Below are positions 38,818 to 49,691 of a stretch of 64,000 bases of DNA, piece after piece (the stretch's first letter is position 1; every line of letters begins with the position of its first letter). A program made the position numbers and the translations under genes. Under the pieces are notes generated by a model that worked only from the letters and a program-made list of their open reading frames with translations, did not search any database and was not told where the DNA came from. Source of the DNA: a virus; IMG/VR virus record IMGVR_UViG_3300037804_000367, positions 32,001-96,000 of that record. The stretch is one strand, 5' to 3'.

Positions 38818-40115
38818 GAGTTATTCTCCAATATGTCAACTATTTGATCTAAAGTATTATCAATCACTGATTGCTTAATTATATCAGGATTTTGAATTTC
38901 TCTACAAACTATTCCACATGGATGACATCCGTTACGTTCGACCCACTTCTTAAAAGCTTTCTTTTCATCGGTGGCTGCCACGTGTCCTATCACTTTTACA
39001 TCATAGTTCTGCGAGGTGACACTTTCCAAATACATAAAGAATTCAAAACATTTTAAAGTTTGCTCTGGCATATTTCAACTTCCTCCAATAAATAAAATAG
39101 TTTCATCATCACTTTTAAGATTTTCCACATCAAGCTCGAGGTGTAAATGACTTTCATCTAATTCCAATGATGCTGAGTTTACATAGATTTCATTACTATC
39201 CAACCTGATTGTTTCAGTTGCACCATATTCGCCATTAGTGAAACATTTTAAATCACCATGCTTTTCAAACTTTAATTGTAGATCAGAAATCAATTGAGAT
39301 AACATCATAATGTATTCCTTATTACCTGATTATTGTTTTAATTTTTCCCGGTAACCGATAATCTAGGATAGTAAATACCGAAGATGTTAATTCAACTTTT
39401 GGTTCAGACTTTTTTGTAATCCATCTTTTTGTAGCAAAATAAGCTTCACGAGTAGTTTTTTTAAACCATATCCGTTTAGTAACAGTTTGTTTTTCAGTGT
39501 CTTCTTTGCGATAAAGTTCAGGATTATCTATTTCAAATGGATCATCATACAAGCCAAATCCTTGTTCCACTTCGCGTTTTCTTCCGACCAGACACAATAC
39601 ACCGTTTTCAAGAATTTGTATTTTAGGATCAAGGATAAGCGTGTCTCTGTTCGGTTTCCATGACGGAGAGTCATCCATCAATTCAATTTGGACATTGATA
39701 CCTGATTGATTAACAATAGCATAATTTGCAGTGAGTTTCATATTTGATTCCTTTATTAACCTAAAAAAGCTGTTAATTCATTTAACTTTAATTGCTCTTG
39801 TGCTATAATATTTTCTATTTTTGCACGTGCGGTCTTTAGATAATTCTTTGATATTGGTTTTACAGAAGGTGACATTGAGTCTTTAAACTCGCCATCTCTA
39901 ATATAAGCCTCTGCTGAAGCACCAGAAGCAAGTTTAAAAATACCAACCTCGTGCCCATTTTGATTAGTTTTAATTTGTCCAGTGAACTTGCAAGGTACCC
40001 AAGGGATGTTTTTAGAATTATATTTTACACGAGTCATGTAAACTTTATCTAAACTTACTTCTGATACTTTCAATGTATTTGACATGTTGTATTCCTTATT
40101 AACTTTACCTACTCT

Positions 40116-40143
40116 AATATACACTGTTAACCTAGTAAGTCAA
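40116..40143 (-). promoter_or_regulatory. Early-type promoter
   Basis: TTGACT-N16-TATATT. Confidence 0.8.
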
Positions 40144-40145
40144 GC

Positions 40146-40511
40146 TCAATCCAAATATTTTTTCATCTTTTCGTTGAGTTTATATTCTCTAAATCCATCG
40201 TGCCAAATATCAATGTCATGTACACAGTGCCTAAACAATAAGGTTCCGTCATTCCAATTAAATTTATCTTTATCAAACCAAGTTTTAATATGCTCTGGAC
40301 AAAATTCAACCAAATAATCTGAATACCCATCCCATTCATATTTTTCAGGATCCCACCAAATTTCAAAATAATCAAAGCAATATTGAGCTAACAATTCACT
40401 CCACGACCAATCAAACGTGTCTGGATTAAACCACTGTTTTATGGTATCACAGTTATTATCAAACCAATCTGATTCGTATCTAATTACATCATTTTCATTG
40501 TAGTGGTACAT
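40146..40511 (-). CDS. Trp/Cys-rich 25-aa repeat protein, tag variant
   Basis: Ends NEKMKKYLD*. Confidence 0.8.
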   Translation of the reverse strand: MYHYNENDVIRYESDWFDNNCDTIKQWFNPDTFDWSWSELLAQYCFDYFEIWWDPEKYEWDGYSDYLVEFCPEHIKTWFDKDKFNWNDGTLLFRHCVHDIDIWHDGFREYKLNEKMKKYLD

Positions 40512-40512
40512 G

Positions 40513-40935
40513 TTAATCTATGTGCCTGTTCATTTCTTTAAATAATTTATATTGCTCAAAATCAGGACCCCAAATGTGTTTTTTGTCCATGCAATTTCCA
40601 CTTAGATAATGGTTCATTCCCCAATTAAAAAGTTCCGGATCGTACCACTTGTCAAAATGATCTGAACAATATCTAGCCAATTGTAATGAATTGTGTCTCC
40701 AATCAAACGAATTATGATCAAACCAAATATCAAATTTATGATTTCCAAATTTACACAACCAACCAATTTCGCCAACCCAAAACAGGTCAGGATCCCACCA
40801 TTTGTCAAAATTCCTAATACAGAACCGTGCTAGTTTATCAGAATTACATTTCCACATAAAAGTTTCTTTATCAAACCATTTGTCAAAATGCTTAGCGTTC
40901 TTTTTAAACCACTCTGATGTGTACACAATTTCCAT
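40513..40935 (-). CDS. Trp/Cys-rich 25-aa repeat protein, tag variant
   Basis: Ends FKEMNRHID*. Confidence 0.8.
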   Translation of the reverse strand: MEIVYTSEWFKKNAKHFDKWFDKETFMWKCNSDKLARFCIRNFDKWWDPDLFWVGEIGWLCKFGNHKFDIWFDHNSFDWRHNSLQLARYCSDHFDKWYDPELFNWGMNHYLSGNCMDKKHIWGPDFEQYKLFKEMNRHID

Positions 40936-40937
40936 TG

Positions 40938-41357
40938 TTAATCCAAATATTGTGACATTTTATTAAACAGAACATACTGATCATATCCTTCTTTCCACAC
41001 GTGTTTGTAATCACCACACTTTGACATCAATGTAGGATACTCGTCCCAATCGAATGTGTCCTTATCAAACCATTTTTCAATAAACGTTGGACAGTGAATC
41101 ATTAAATCATATTGGTTGTTCCATTTTAAAACGTTGGTTTTGTTAAACCAAGTCTCAAAATACCTCGAGCAATACTTTATGAGATAGAACGAAGAGCTCC
41201 AATCAAATAGATCTTTGTCAAACCACAATTCAATATAACGAGGACACTGTTTTGCTATTATATGAGAACACTCCCATAAAAACGTTTCCTTATCAAACCA
41301 TGTGTGTATTAAGTGTTCATTTTGCTTAAACCACAATTCTGTGTATTCAATTTTCAT
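40938..41357 (-). CDS. Trp/Cys-rich 25-aa repeat protein, tag variant
   Basis: Ends FNKMSQYLD*. Confidence 0.8.
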   Translation of the reverse strand: MKIEYTELWFKQNEHLIHTWFDKETFLWECSHIIAKQCPRYIELWFDKDLFDWSSSFYLIKYCSRYFETWFNKTNVLKWNNQYDLMIHCPTFIEKWFDKDTFDWDEYPTLMSKCGDYKHVWKEGYDQYVLFNKMSQYLD

Positions 41358-41772
41358 GCAAGTGCTCTTTCATTTTCTGATTTAACAAGTGTTGTTGATA
41401 ACCAGCTTTCCAAATTTTAGAATGTTTAACGCTATGAATCTCTAATATTCTTTTATTGTTCCAGTTGAAGGTTAAAGGATCAAACCATGTTAACAAATGC
41501 TTACTGCAATATTTTGCTAGATAATATGAATCCCACTCCCAATCAATACGATCCTTATCAAACCATTTGTCAAAATGCTTGTGACAATATTCCTCTAAGT
41601 ATTCAAGAGCTCCCCAATTAAATGTTTTGGGATCAAACCACTTATCAAAATGTTTGTCACAATACTTTGCAAATAGACCAGTGTGTTCAGTTACAACACA
41701 CTCTGGTGTAAACCACTCGTCAAAGTGTTTTACATTTGCTTTGAACCATTTTTCTTTATACTGAATCTTCAT
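41347..41772 (-). CDS. Trp/Cys-rich 25-aa repeat protein with MxxHL tag
   Basis: Ends NQKMKEHLHEN*. Confidence 0.8.
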   Translation of the reverse strand: MKIQYKEKWFKANVKHFDEWFTPECVVTEHTGLFAKYCDKHFDKWFDPKTFNWGALEYLEEYCHKHFDKWFDKDRIDWEWDSYYLAKYCSKHLLTWFDPLTFNWNNKRILEIHSVKHSKIWKAGYQQHLLNQKMKEHLHEN

Positions 41773-42190
41773 TTAAGTGCTCTGACATCTTTTTGAATGT
41801 TAAATGTTCAGCCTTTGCTTCTTTCCATTTTGTTCTATTTTCACAATTGTGAGTTTTGTTATACACAGGACTGTCAAAATTAAACTTTTCTTTATCGAAC
41901 CATTTGTCAAAGTGTCGTGAACAATATTTTACTAAGTGATAAGAAAATTTCCAATCAAACGTGTACTTGTCAAACCACTTGTCAAAATCTTTAGAACAGA
42001 ATTTTGCTAAAAGGTTTGAATAATACATGTGGTGAAATTCTCTATCATACCATTTGTCAAAGTCACTGTTGCAATACTTTATCAATTTGTTTACATAGAA
42101 CCATTCAAATGTTCCCTTATCAAACCACTTATCAAAGTGCTTGGCATTTTGCTTAAACCATTCTGATGTGTATTTAATTTCCCTTGTCAT
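41756..42190 (-). CDS. Trp/Cys-rich 25-aa repeat protein with MxxHL tag
   Basis: Ends FKKMSEHLNEDSV*. Confidence 0.8.
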   Translation of the reverse strand: MTREIKYTSEWFKQNAKHFDKWFDKGTFEWFYVNKLIKYCNSDFDKWYDREFHHMYYSNLLAKFCSKDFDKWFDKYTFDWKFSYHLVKYCSRHFDKWFDKEKFNFDSPVYNKTHNCENRTKWKEAKAEHLTFKKMSEHLNEDSV

Positions 42191-42406
42191 TTAAAACTTC
42201 TCAATGTACCATTCGCCATCTTTATCATTATCTAAAACGATATCTTCCAAGTGACTTTTTGAAATTTTTGCAATTCCGAATAAGTTGGGATAGCGAGTCC
42301 AAGGCCAAAGTTTTGCACCTCTGTAATATTCACCTTGACGGTTTCTAATACAATACAATTTATCTTTCGGAATTTTAATAGTGGTCTGTCGAATAAAGTA
42401 ATTCAT

Positions 42407-42772
42407 TTAGGCAACTCTCTGAACGTATTGTTTATAGGCAACTTGCCAAATGTGTTCTTTGTCTTTGCAAAACGTGTGCAACATTTTTGCATATTGCCAG
42501 TTAAAGGTATCTTTGTCAAACCACTTATCGAAATGTTCACTACAGTGTTCTGCTAAAAAATCACAGAAATAATAATCAAAAGTTTTTGCATCAAACCATT
42601 TATCAAAATGATCTGGACAGTATTGCACTAAGTAAAAGTAGAATATCTTCTCGAATTTATTTTTGTCAAACCACTCGTCAAATTGATCATTATACATTAG
42701 GAACCAATTACATGTGTACTGAACTTTCAATTTCTTCTTTGTCATTGCTTGCTCTTCTATTATGATTAACAT
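42407..42772 (-). CDS. Trp/Cys-rich 25-aa repeat protein lacking the tag
   Basis: Same repeats; ends AYKQYVQRVA* where its paralogues carry the tag. Confidence 0.78.
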   Translation of the reverse strand: MLIIIEEQAMTKKKLKVQYTCNWFLMYNDQFDEWFDKNKFEKIFYFYLVQYCPDHFDKWFDAKTFDYYFCDFLAEHCSEHFDKWFDKDTFNWQYAKMLHTFCKDKEHIWQVAYKQYVQRVA

Positions 42773-42791
42773 GGTGTATCTGACTAATATT

Positions 42792-42819
42792 AATATACAC
42801 TCTATATATTAAAAGTCAA
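42792..42819 (-). promoter_or_regulatory. Early-type promoter
   Basis: TTGACT-N16-TATATT. Confidence 0.78.
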
Positions 42820-42840
42820 GCTCATTTAACTAAAACATTA

Positions 42841-43548
42841 TTAATAATAACCGTATGCTGCAATACGACCTTCGATTCCTCCGCCTACATTTGGAGCATT
42901 CATTGAATGTTTTTTCCATGAGAAGTTTATGTACAACACGTGACCATCTGCAAATCCCAGTGGAAACTTTGGCTGATTATCATCATGCCATCTGATTTGC
43001 TTCATTCCCCAAATCCTACCGTTGTTCAAACTCTTTTGATAGAACAATGCTTTGCTACTAGGATAAGCGAATCCGTCTATTAAAATTTTTCCACCTTGAA
43101 CATTTGTGAATTTGTCAATGTTCATCGTAGTAGCATACTTTACAACATAGCTACTTCCATATAACCAGTAATTTGTTTTCTCCGTTCTGAATCCTCCTGC
43201 TGCCCAACTCTGTCCAATGTCAGATGGACACTTTGCCACTTTAGAGGTTCCTGTGAAATCATCCAAATATCTATTTAGTGGTCGATCTTCCGGTTTATGA
43301 TTTCCCCAACTTTTATTTCCCTTTATCCCAGCATAATCATGATACCATTTATGGTAAATGACAAGTCCCGAGTTATCATCTGTGTACATTTGATAAGCGG
43401 CTGATAATTGCTTGTGGTTGTTTATGCACACTGCAACGTACGATTTCTTTCTTGCTTTGGCTAAAGCTGGCATTAGGATGGAAGCAAGTATACCAATGAT
43501 GGCAATTGCTATTAATAATTCTATGAGAGTAAATCCTTTAGTTTTCAT
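42841..43548 (-). CDS. Prepilin-type N-methylation protein with C-terminal H-X9-DG motif (DUF1559-like, PVC-type)
   Basis: KG/FTLIELLIAIAIIGILASILMPALAKAR...C.NN.KQL...WHDDNQPKFPLGFADGHV. Confidence 0.9.
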   Translation of the reverse strand: MKTKGFTLIELLIAIAIIGILASILMPALAKARKKSYVAVCINNHKQLSAAYQMYTDDNSGLVIYHKWYHDYAGIKGNKSWGNHKPEDRPLNRYLDDFTGTSKVAKCPSDIGQSWAAGGFRTEKTNYWLYGSSYVVKYATTMNIDKFTNVQGGKILIDGFAYPSSKALFYQKSLNNGRIWGMKQIRWHDDNQPKFPLGFADGHVLYINFSWKKHSMNAPNVGGGIEGRIAAYGYY

Positions 43549-44276
43549 ATCAGTTTTCCTGTTTATTTGCATCTTTACTTATCATTGAAAAGCGCAACAA
43601 AAACCACTCTCTGGATTTATTCCATCCAATTTTTAACATGTTGGTTTATTGTTAACCCGTTGATCTTCTTTATTTTCCTATCCCATCCTATCGATTTATA
43701 GTAATCGTATAAATTTATAGGAGGAATATCCAAAAATGTTCTGTAGTTCAACATAGGAAATTTTATTGCTTGCTCTTCTTCATGTTTCTTTTCATATTCC
43801 ATCACACAGGCAATCAACGAATCATACGTTCTAAATGTTTTATGTTTCAAATATTGTTTATATCCACCACTTATCATTGTTCGATTGAAACAATTATAGG
43901 ATATGCCTTGTTGATAAGAATCTATAGACACAGGACGGAGGGTGTCTCTGTTGCCAATTTCAACACTACAATACTCAATGAATGGATACATGTTATTTTT
44001 CCTTTTTAAAACAGTTTACACTGGCGTGAGTAGTGCTTGTGTGAACAACTTTGTATTCGAGACGAAATGCCTCAAACAGCGCTTTCTGAAGCTGAGCAGC
44101 TACCTTAATCCAAAATACAGGATTCTGTTCATCTTGCTTATTTTTAATCATAATATATTTTCCATTCAATCTTATGTCGATGACTGTGTCGCCCTGTAAT
44201 TGAATAGTTTGTTTCACTTGATCCGCAACTCGCTGTACTCTTTCCACGTGTCCCATTATGATACCTCTTTGATTTT

Positions 44277-44284
44277 TATAAATA
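44277..44284 (+). promoter_or_regulatory. T4-type late promoter box TATAAATA
   Basis: Upstream of AGGAG RBS and ATG 44311 of an inverted gene. Confidence 0.6.
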
Positions 44285-44310
44285 ACTGTAATAATATATT
44301 AGGAGTGCTC

Positions 44311-44577
44311 ATGTCACATCAAGTTTCAGTATCCACGTTTGCAGGTATGGTAATACCTTTTACTTTAGCAGCAGATGCAGCAGTAAAAAAAGAATTAAAA
44401 GTAGTCACAGACGTTGTAAATGAAACTAGCTACTATCAGGTAAATTCCATTGAAGGATGTAGCACTGTGGTGTTTGCAACAAATCACCCTACGTTACAAG
44501 CAGCCGTTGATTATTACAATAGTATCAATGATACCAATAGCTTAGAACTGTTTACTGCATTCAACTTATTGCCTTAA
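44311..44577 (+). CDS. Small late hypothetical protein (inverted relative to its neighbours)
   Basis: AGGAG RBS; late box; distinct codon usage. Confidence 0.7.
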   Translation: MSHQVSVSTFAGMVIPFTLAADAAVKKELKVVTDVVNETSYYQVNSIEGCSTVVFATNHPTLQAAVDYYNSINDTNSLELFTAFNLLP

Positions 44578-44651
44578 ATAATCCTTTGACCATTTGAACG
44601 AGTGCAAACACTAACAGTGCGACATACACAGTTGCTATAATAGTACCCATT

Positions 44652-44933
44652 TTAAGTTCCTTCAAGGTGGGTTGACATTTTCTTGAATAATACATTTCGT
44701 TCAGGATCTAGCGCATCGTAGAAACACTCGTCTAAGAAATTGTTTAATTCAGATGTGGTATCTTCTATAAATTGATTTCTAGATTCTTCTATAATAATCG
44801 AAAACAGTTTGGTAATGTTTGATCTGTGATGAAATGATTGAATAACTCTTTTTTGTACAATAGATGTAATCTTTTTTATCTCCCTATTTGTCATGTCCAT
44901 TAGAATCTCCCATGTGTGTTTCCATTTTTGCAT
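44652..44933 (-). CDS. Hypothetical protein with MxxHL tag
   Basis: Ends FKKMSTHLEGT*. Confidence 0.7.
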   Translation of the reverse strand: MQKWKHTWEILMDMTNREIKKITSIVQKRVIQSFHHRSNITKLFSIIIEESRNQFIEDTTSELNNFLDECFYDALDPERNVLFKKMSTHLEGT

Positions 44934-45108
44934 GTAAAATTTCTATCTCTAATTTATACATTTTATCTCTTAATTGTTCTAATTCCTCTTGCATTTTTGC
45001 AACAGTTCTTCTATCAACATAATAATTATCATCATGTATTTGTGATGCAATAGCCCAAGCAGTATCAGCCCATGTACTTTGTTTTGAAGTTGATATATTT
45101 TTATTCAT
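44884..45108 (-). CDS. Hypothetical protein, tag variant
   Basis: Ends HAKMETHMGDSNGHDK*. Confidence 0.65.
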   Translation of the reverse strand: MNKNISTSKQSTWADTAWAIASQIHDDNYYVDRRTVAKMQEELEQLRDKMYKLEIEILHAKMETHMGDSNGHDK

Positions 45109-45593
45109 CCAAACACTGCACAGGCTTTGTCAACTGTGTTTGAGAAAGAGGAGCACCCATCATAGTCATATTCGGATCCGTCGATAGCATCACCTGCTTC
45201 ATCAACTTCCAATATAAAATAACAGTCGCCACGTTTTTCAATAACACAGTTGACATCAAACAAGCCTAAATAAAATAATACAAAGTTGTCGGTAAAAACT
45301 TTTGATTGGGACCGCCAATCAACAACTACAGTAAACATTTCCATATTAATTTCCTTTTTTAAATCGGAGAGTTATAAAGTGGCATGATTGCCCAATGGGT
45401 AGGTTGGTTATAAAACCAGACCGTACATTCACTATCACTAACTTCTATATCTCCTACTCCAATAAATTCTCCAGAACTGTTGCTAAAGTAAGCCACTATC
45501 AATTCGCCGTTCATCATTACAAAATAATTTCCATCTGTTACAGGGAATGTAGATCTTACACTTTCTTCAAATTCGTTCCATTCTAAAGTCATA

Positions 45594-45836
45594 TTATTTC
45601 TCCCTGTGCTTTGACATTGTCGATATTAAAAGTTGTTCGTTAAATTCCTGTGAGGATATCGAACTAAAAAATTCATGATCTATCTTAAATAAGTCTTCAT
45701 ATGTTTTGATGATTTTATGACTAAAGGACTGACATGATGTAACATAACCACTTCCAAATTCATCTGTAGCTTCAAACATTATATAATTTACACTGTGCTG
45801 ACCCTTAAAATAATGTCTCGATATTATATCTTCCAT
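45594..45836 (-). CDS. Hypothetical protein, tag variant
   Basis: Ends ISTMSKHREK*. Confidence 0.65.
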   Translation of the reverse strand: MEDIISRHYFKGQHSVNYIMFEATDEFGSGYVTSCQSFSHKIIKTYEDLFKIDHEFFSSISSQEFNEQLLISTMSKHREK

Positions 45837-46312
45837 CCGGGCCTCTGTTTAACTATATCTCGATATTTGATTGAAACTGCAAGTTGTTTTTCCCAATGCT
45901 CAAACTTATTATTGATTTCGAGTTTTCTTGTTGCAAATTCTAACGGTCCCATCTTCGTTCTTTTCAACAGCTCAGCAAGTGCATCCACTTCTGTGTCGTA
46001 AGCTAACTGAACAAAAAAGTCGAAAATTGAAGATGGGACTTTATATGCACTCATTGAATTATCTCCAAAGGATGACATAATCGCCAAAATATTTTTCAAA
46101 TACTTGTAGGAGATTTTCATAATCTCCAGATTGCATTTCGTCTAATACTTTATTTGGATCGATATCAAGTTGCTTTGCGAGATCAGTTGCATATCCCATT
46201 AACGGAAATGCGTTTCCCTGAGGGCCGTTTAAATCAATTTCAAGCTTACCTGAACTAGGTCTTTCACTTATATCACGTATCATTTAAAATTCCTTTTTTT
46301 ATTACCTATATT

Positions 46313-46340
46313 AATATACCCTCTTTAATGATAAAGTCAA
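46313..46340 (-). promoter_or_regulatory. Early-type promoter
   Basis: TTGACT-N16-TATATT. Confidence 0.8.
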
Positions 46341-46434
46341 CACCATTTTCAAATAAAAAGGGATTTTAAAAAGGCATTGGAGGATGTTTTCAATAAATAT
46401 CAATATACAAATAACTATATTGAGGAACCGTCAC

Positions 46435-47157
46435 ATGAAAATAAATCCGAAAAGACTGCAACTTATTGAGAAAAGACTGCCTATCATTAGAGAGAAGCAA
46501 TCGAAGGGTGAACATCTCCGTCCAGGAGAATTGGCAATGTATAATAATTACAAATATCCTGAATCAAAAATAACTTATTTGAGCAGAGCCATTCCTGGAC
46601 AGTCAAAGAGAATGCCAACTGATGTTAAAGATTTCATAACTCCAAATAACTTCTTAGTTGATAATGTTCTGAAGTCTTTAAAGATTGAAGCTTGCTCTTC
46701 ATTAGATGAAAAAGTTGTAAAGATTCAGAAATGGGTAGTTGATAATATAAAATATACAAGCGATTCGGCTGCTCAGGGGTTTGTTGAATTTTGGCAATTC
46801 CCTTTTGAGACTCTTTCATTGAGAACAGGAGACTGTGAAGACGGAGCCATCCTTTTAGCTTCTTTAATGATCGGAGCAGGTGTGCCTCCATTCAGAGTAC
46901 GAGTAGCTGGTGGTTTGGTAAAAACTCATGTTAAGACTGCGCCACAAGGTGGACACGGATGGTGTTGCTATTTAAGAGAGGAAGATGCAAAGTGGATTCC
47001 TATCGACTGGTGTTACTATCCAAGAACAACTAAAAATCTTACCAAAAGAAAAACTCTAAAAGAAGAAACAAATTATATTGAAAGTTGGTTCTCTTGGAAT
47101 AATATGTTCAGTTGGGGAAAATCTAGCTTTGAACTAGACAAGAGAATTAAAAAATAA
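46435..47157 (+). CDS. Transglutaminase-like cysteine protease
   Basis: FWQFPFETL..RTGDCED.AILLASL; GH; DWC catalytic triad; GAGGA RBS. Confidence 0.85.
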   Translation: MKINPKRLQLIEKRLPIIREKQSKGEHLRPGELAMYNNYKYPESKITYLSRAIPGQSKRMPTDVKDFITPNNFLVDNVLKSLKIEACSSLDEKVVKIQKWVVDNIKYTSDSAAQGFVEFWQFPFETLSLRTGDCEDGAILLASLMIGAGVPPFRVRVAGGLVKTHVKTAPQGGHGWCCYLREEDAKWIPIDWCYYPRTTKNLTKRKTLKEETNYIESWFSWNNMFSWGKSSFELDKRIKK

Positions 47158-47580
47158 TTATTCTGGCTTTAGATTGGATAATTTATTTTCAACTTTAAAG
47201 TCAGAAAACATTGATTTGAGTGCAGTGTACGTGTCCTTTAGTATTAATTGGTCATCGCAGTAATAAACGTCATGTTCTCTTAGCGTTCTCGATTCTTTTA
47301 AAATCTGTTCAAAGTGAATGCTGTAAAATGTTTCTCTAATTACAAATAATAAATTATATTGAAACTCAATATCTTTTGTGTTGTTATATTGATCAACACA
47401 TTGTTGTAATAGAAGAAGTTTATTTGTTGGGTCGAGTTGGGTCATGTGAACATAAATATCTGACCTGGCATCCATTCTGACCTTGTAACTTTTATCAGCC
47501 AATTCTTTTAGTTCAACTCCTCGAGCAAGTGTAATGATCATTAAAAAGATCATTACTATCAGTACATGTATAGTTTTCAT
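47158..47580 (-). CDS. Secreted helical (HEAT-like) protein
   Basis: Signal peptide MKTIHVLIVMIFLMIITLARG; helical body. Confidence 0.55.
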   Translation of the reverse strand: MKTIHVLIVMIFLMIITLARGVELKELADKSYKVRMDARSDIYVHMTQLDPTNKLLLLQQCVDQYNNTKDIEFQYNLLFVIRETFYSIHFEQILKESRTLREHDVYYCDDQLILKDTYTALKSMFSDFKVENKLSNLKPE

Positions 47581-48833
47581 CTTACGTTAGTTCCGTATAG
47601 TTAGTTCCTATGCCGGTACTTATAAACATCTAGTTTACTAATTAACTTTTTAGTTGACGATCTTTTCCAAATATATTGTAATTTATCACTTGTTGCTAAA
47701 TAAAGAAACCCATTAAAATCTTTAAAATTATCACATGGTACACAATAACCCATCAGTTCACAATGCGTAGTTTTTTGATTACATGTGTTGCAAAATAGTA
47801 AAAGATCGCTTTGATATTCAAAGACGGTTTGATCATATAATAATTTTAAAGTGTCGAATGTAGTATCTTGACGAGGAACGGATTGTACCAAACATAATAT
47901 GTCTAGTTTATCACTAGTGCATGATCGTTGCCACAGTTCGCCTGACCTGTAATGCAAACAATCCGTACATATTTCGCTTTGTCTATCGAACACGCACTCT
48001 TCTTTACATCTTGGGCAGTAAGATCTCCAACTCATTTAATCACTCCTAGCCCAGTATCCACTGTAACCTAATATAAAACATCCTAACACAAACATGAAAC
48101 CGGTTCCTATCATCCCTGTACCTGTATAGTTTCCAAACGCGACACTCACTACTACAACCATGTAAAACATGAGGCACCCTAAAATAAAGGATATGATAGC
48201 TGATAGAATGTATAATAGTAAATGATTCATATTGTTACCAAAACCTAGGTTCTTTGTGATTTATTCCACTCAGAACATTCTTTTTAAATTCTTCATCAGT
48301 ATCAAGCTTTGAAATATAGTTCTTGATTTTTTTAAATGCCACGCACCTTTTATCAAACTTCTCATTATATTGATCAGTTTTTTTACATTCTTGTTTTACA
48401 AAAACTTTTAAATAATTTGGAGAATGATGAAGGATTAAACCACATTTAAATTCTCTGTACTCGTTCCATGTTCCATTAGTGTGCTGACTTTCTTTCTTCT
48501 CTGATTCGATTCTTGCACATTTACAGTAAGGGCACATTAATTCTGATATTTTCTCAATCATCGAATGATACCTTTATTTCAGTTTCAAATGAAACGGTTT
48601 TGATTTGTAAGATTTTAAAGTTATCTCTTGAAGATACTTTACTTTGTCTTCTCTTAATCTCTTCTATCAGATCTTCCTTTGAAAAGATTCTCATGCCTAA
48701 AAAATATTCAGTGCTTGCTGGATACCCGTGTCCAGGATGAGTTTTTGATCTTTCATCTGCTGGAATGTGAACGCTATTGTTTTGGACAATAGCATAAAAT
48801 TCCCCATCTGGTAAGTCGTCTATTCGTTGAACG

Positions 48834-49409
48834 CTACTCATCGTAATGATCCTTTGTGGTTACAGGTTTTGTTTTATTGTGATACATACCTTGTCGTCTA
48901 TTTCGAGTTATCACTCGGCTCTCTTCGCTACTATGATACTCGAGTACTTTGTCTCTATACCAACCGATCTTTGTAAAAGCGTCCATGTAATTTTGAATAC
49001 AGAAGCCATCAAAGCTAATTGTTTGAACAAATTGATCATCTCTGTGTCCAAAACCAGCATCAGTTTCATCATCAATGATTAAATAATCTTTCACTTCAGG
49101 ATGTAAAGCAAGGTACTCGCTGATTTCATTTCCTCTACTTCCACTAGATCTTCCAGTATGACCTACCACTTTAAAAGTGCAACCGTGTGAATCAAATATC
49201 TTTTGTAGTTGTTCAGTATTGTAACCTATTCTCCAACAACTAGAAATGATAACCTTTGCATTCAATTCCATGCACATGTGGTTCATTAACCCAACTGGAC
49301 GGGGATCGAGTTCCATTCTAGGCTTGACTTCGTGTCGATAAACAAAACGTGTCCAACTGTCGGTATTTAAAACTCCGTCTATATCTAAAAATATGTATAG
49401 ATCATCCAT
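48834..49409 (-). CDS. HAD-superfamily phosphatase (Swiss-Army-knife RNA-repair-like HAD domain)
   Basis: FLDIDGVLN motif I; SSCWR; YLIIDDE motif IV. Confidence 0.85.
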   Translation of the reverse strand: MDDLYIFLDIDGVLNTDSWTRFVYRHEVKPRMELDPRPVGLMNHMCMELNAKVIISSCWRIGYNTEQLQKIFDSHGCTFKVVGHTGRSSGSRGNEISEYLALHPEVKDYLIIDDETDAGFGHRDDQFVQTISFDGFCIQNYMDAFTKIGWYRDKVLEYHSSEESRVITRNRRQGMYHNKTKPVTTKDHYDE

Positions 49410-49691
49410 ATTAAAATCCTAGTTCTTTTAGATGTTCACTACTTAGAAATTCAGAGAGCCACTCTGGGTATCTCCACTTTGGAACTCCATCTCGAGCAAT
49501 ACTATCATTTCTTCTACCACATCTACTACAAGTTGCTTGTGGCAATCTCGTGTGTCTTCCAACAGTAACATGACCTTCATTTTTACATGTTAAATGATCT
49601 TTTAATACGGATCTTTCAGTTTTACATAGAAGCGGGTTTACGATAAGATCGACTTTACGATACGTTACTTTATTACCTTCTGATTCGTTAA

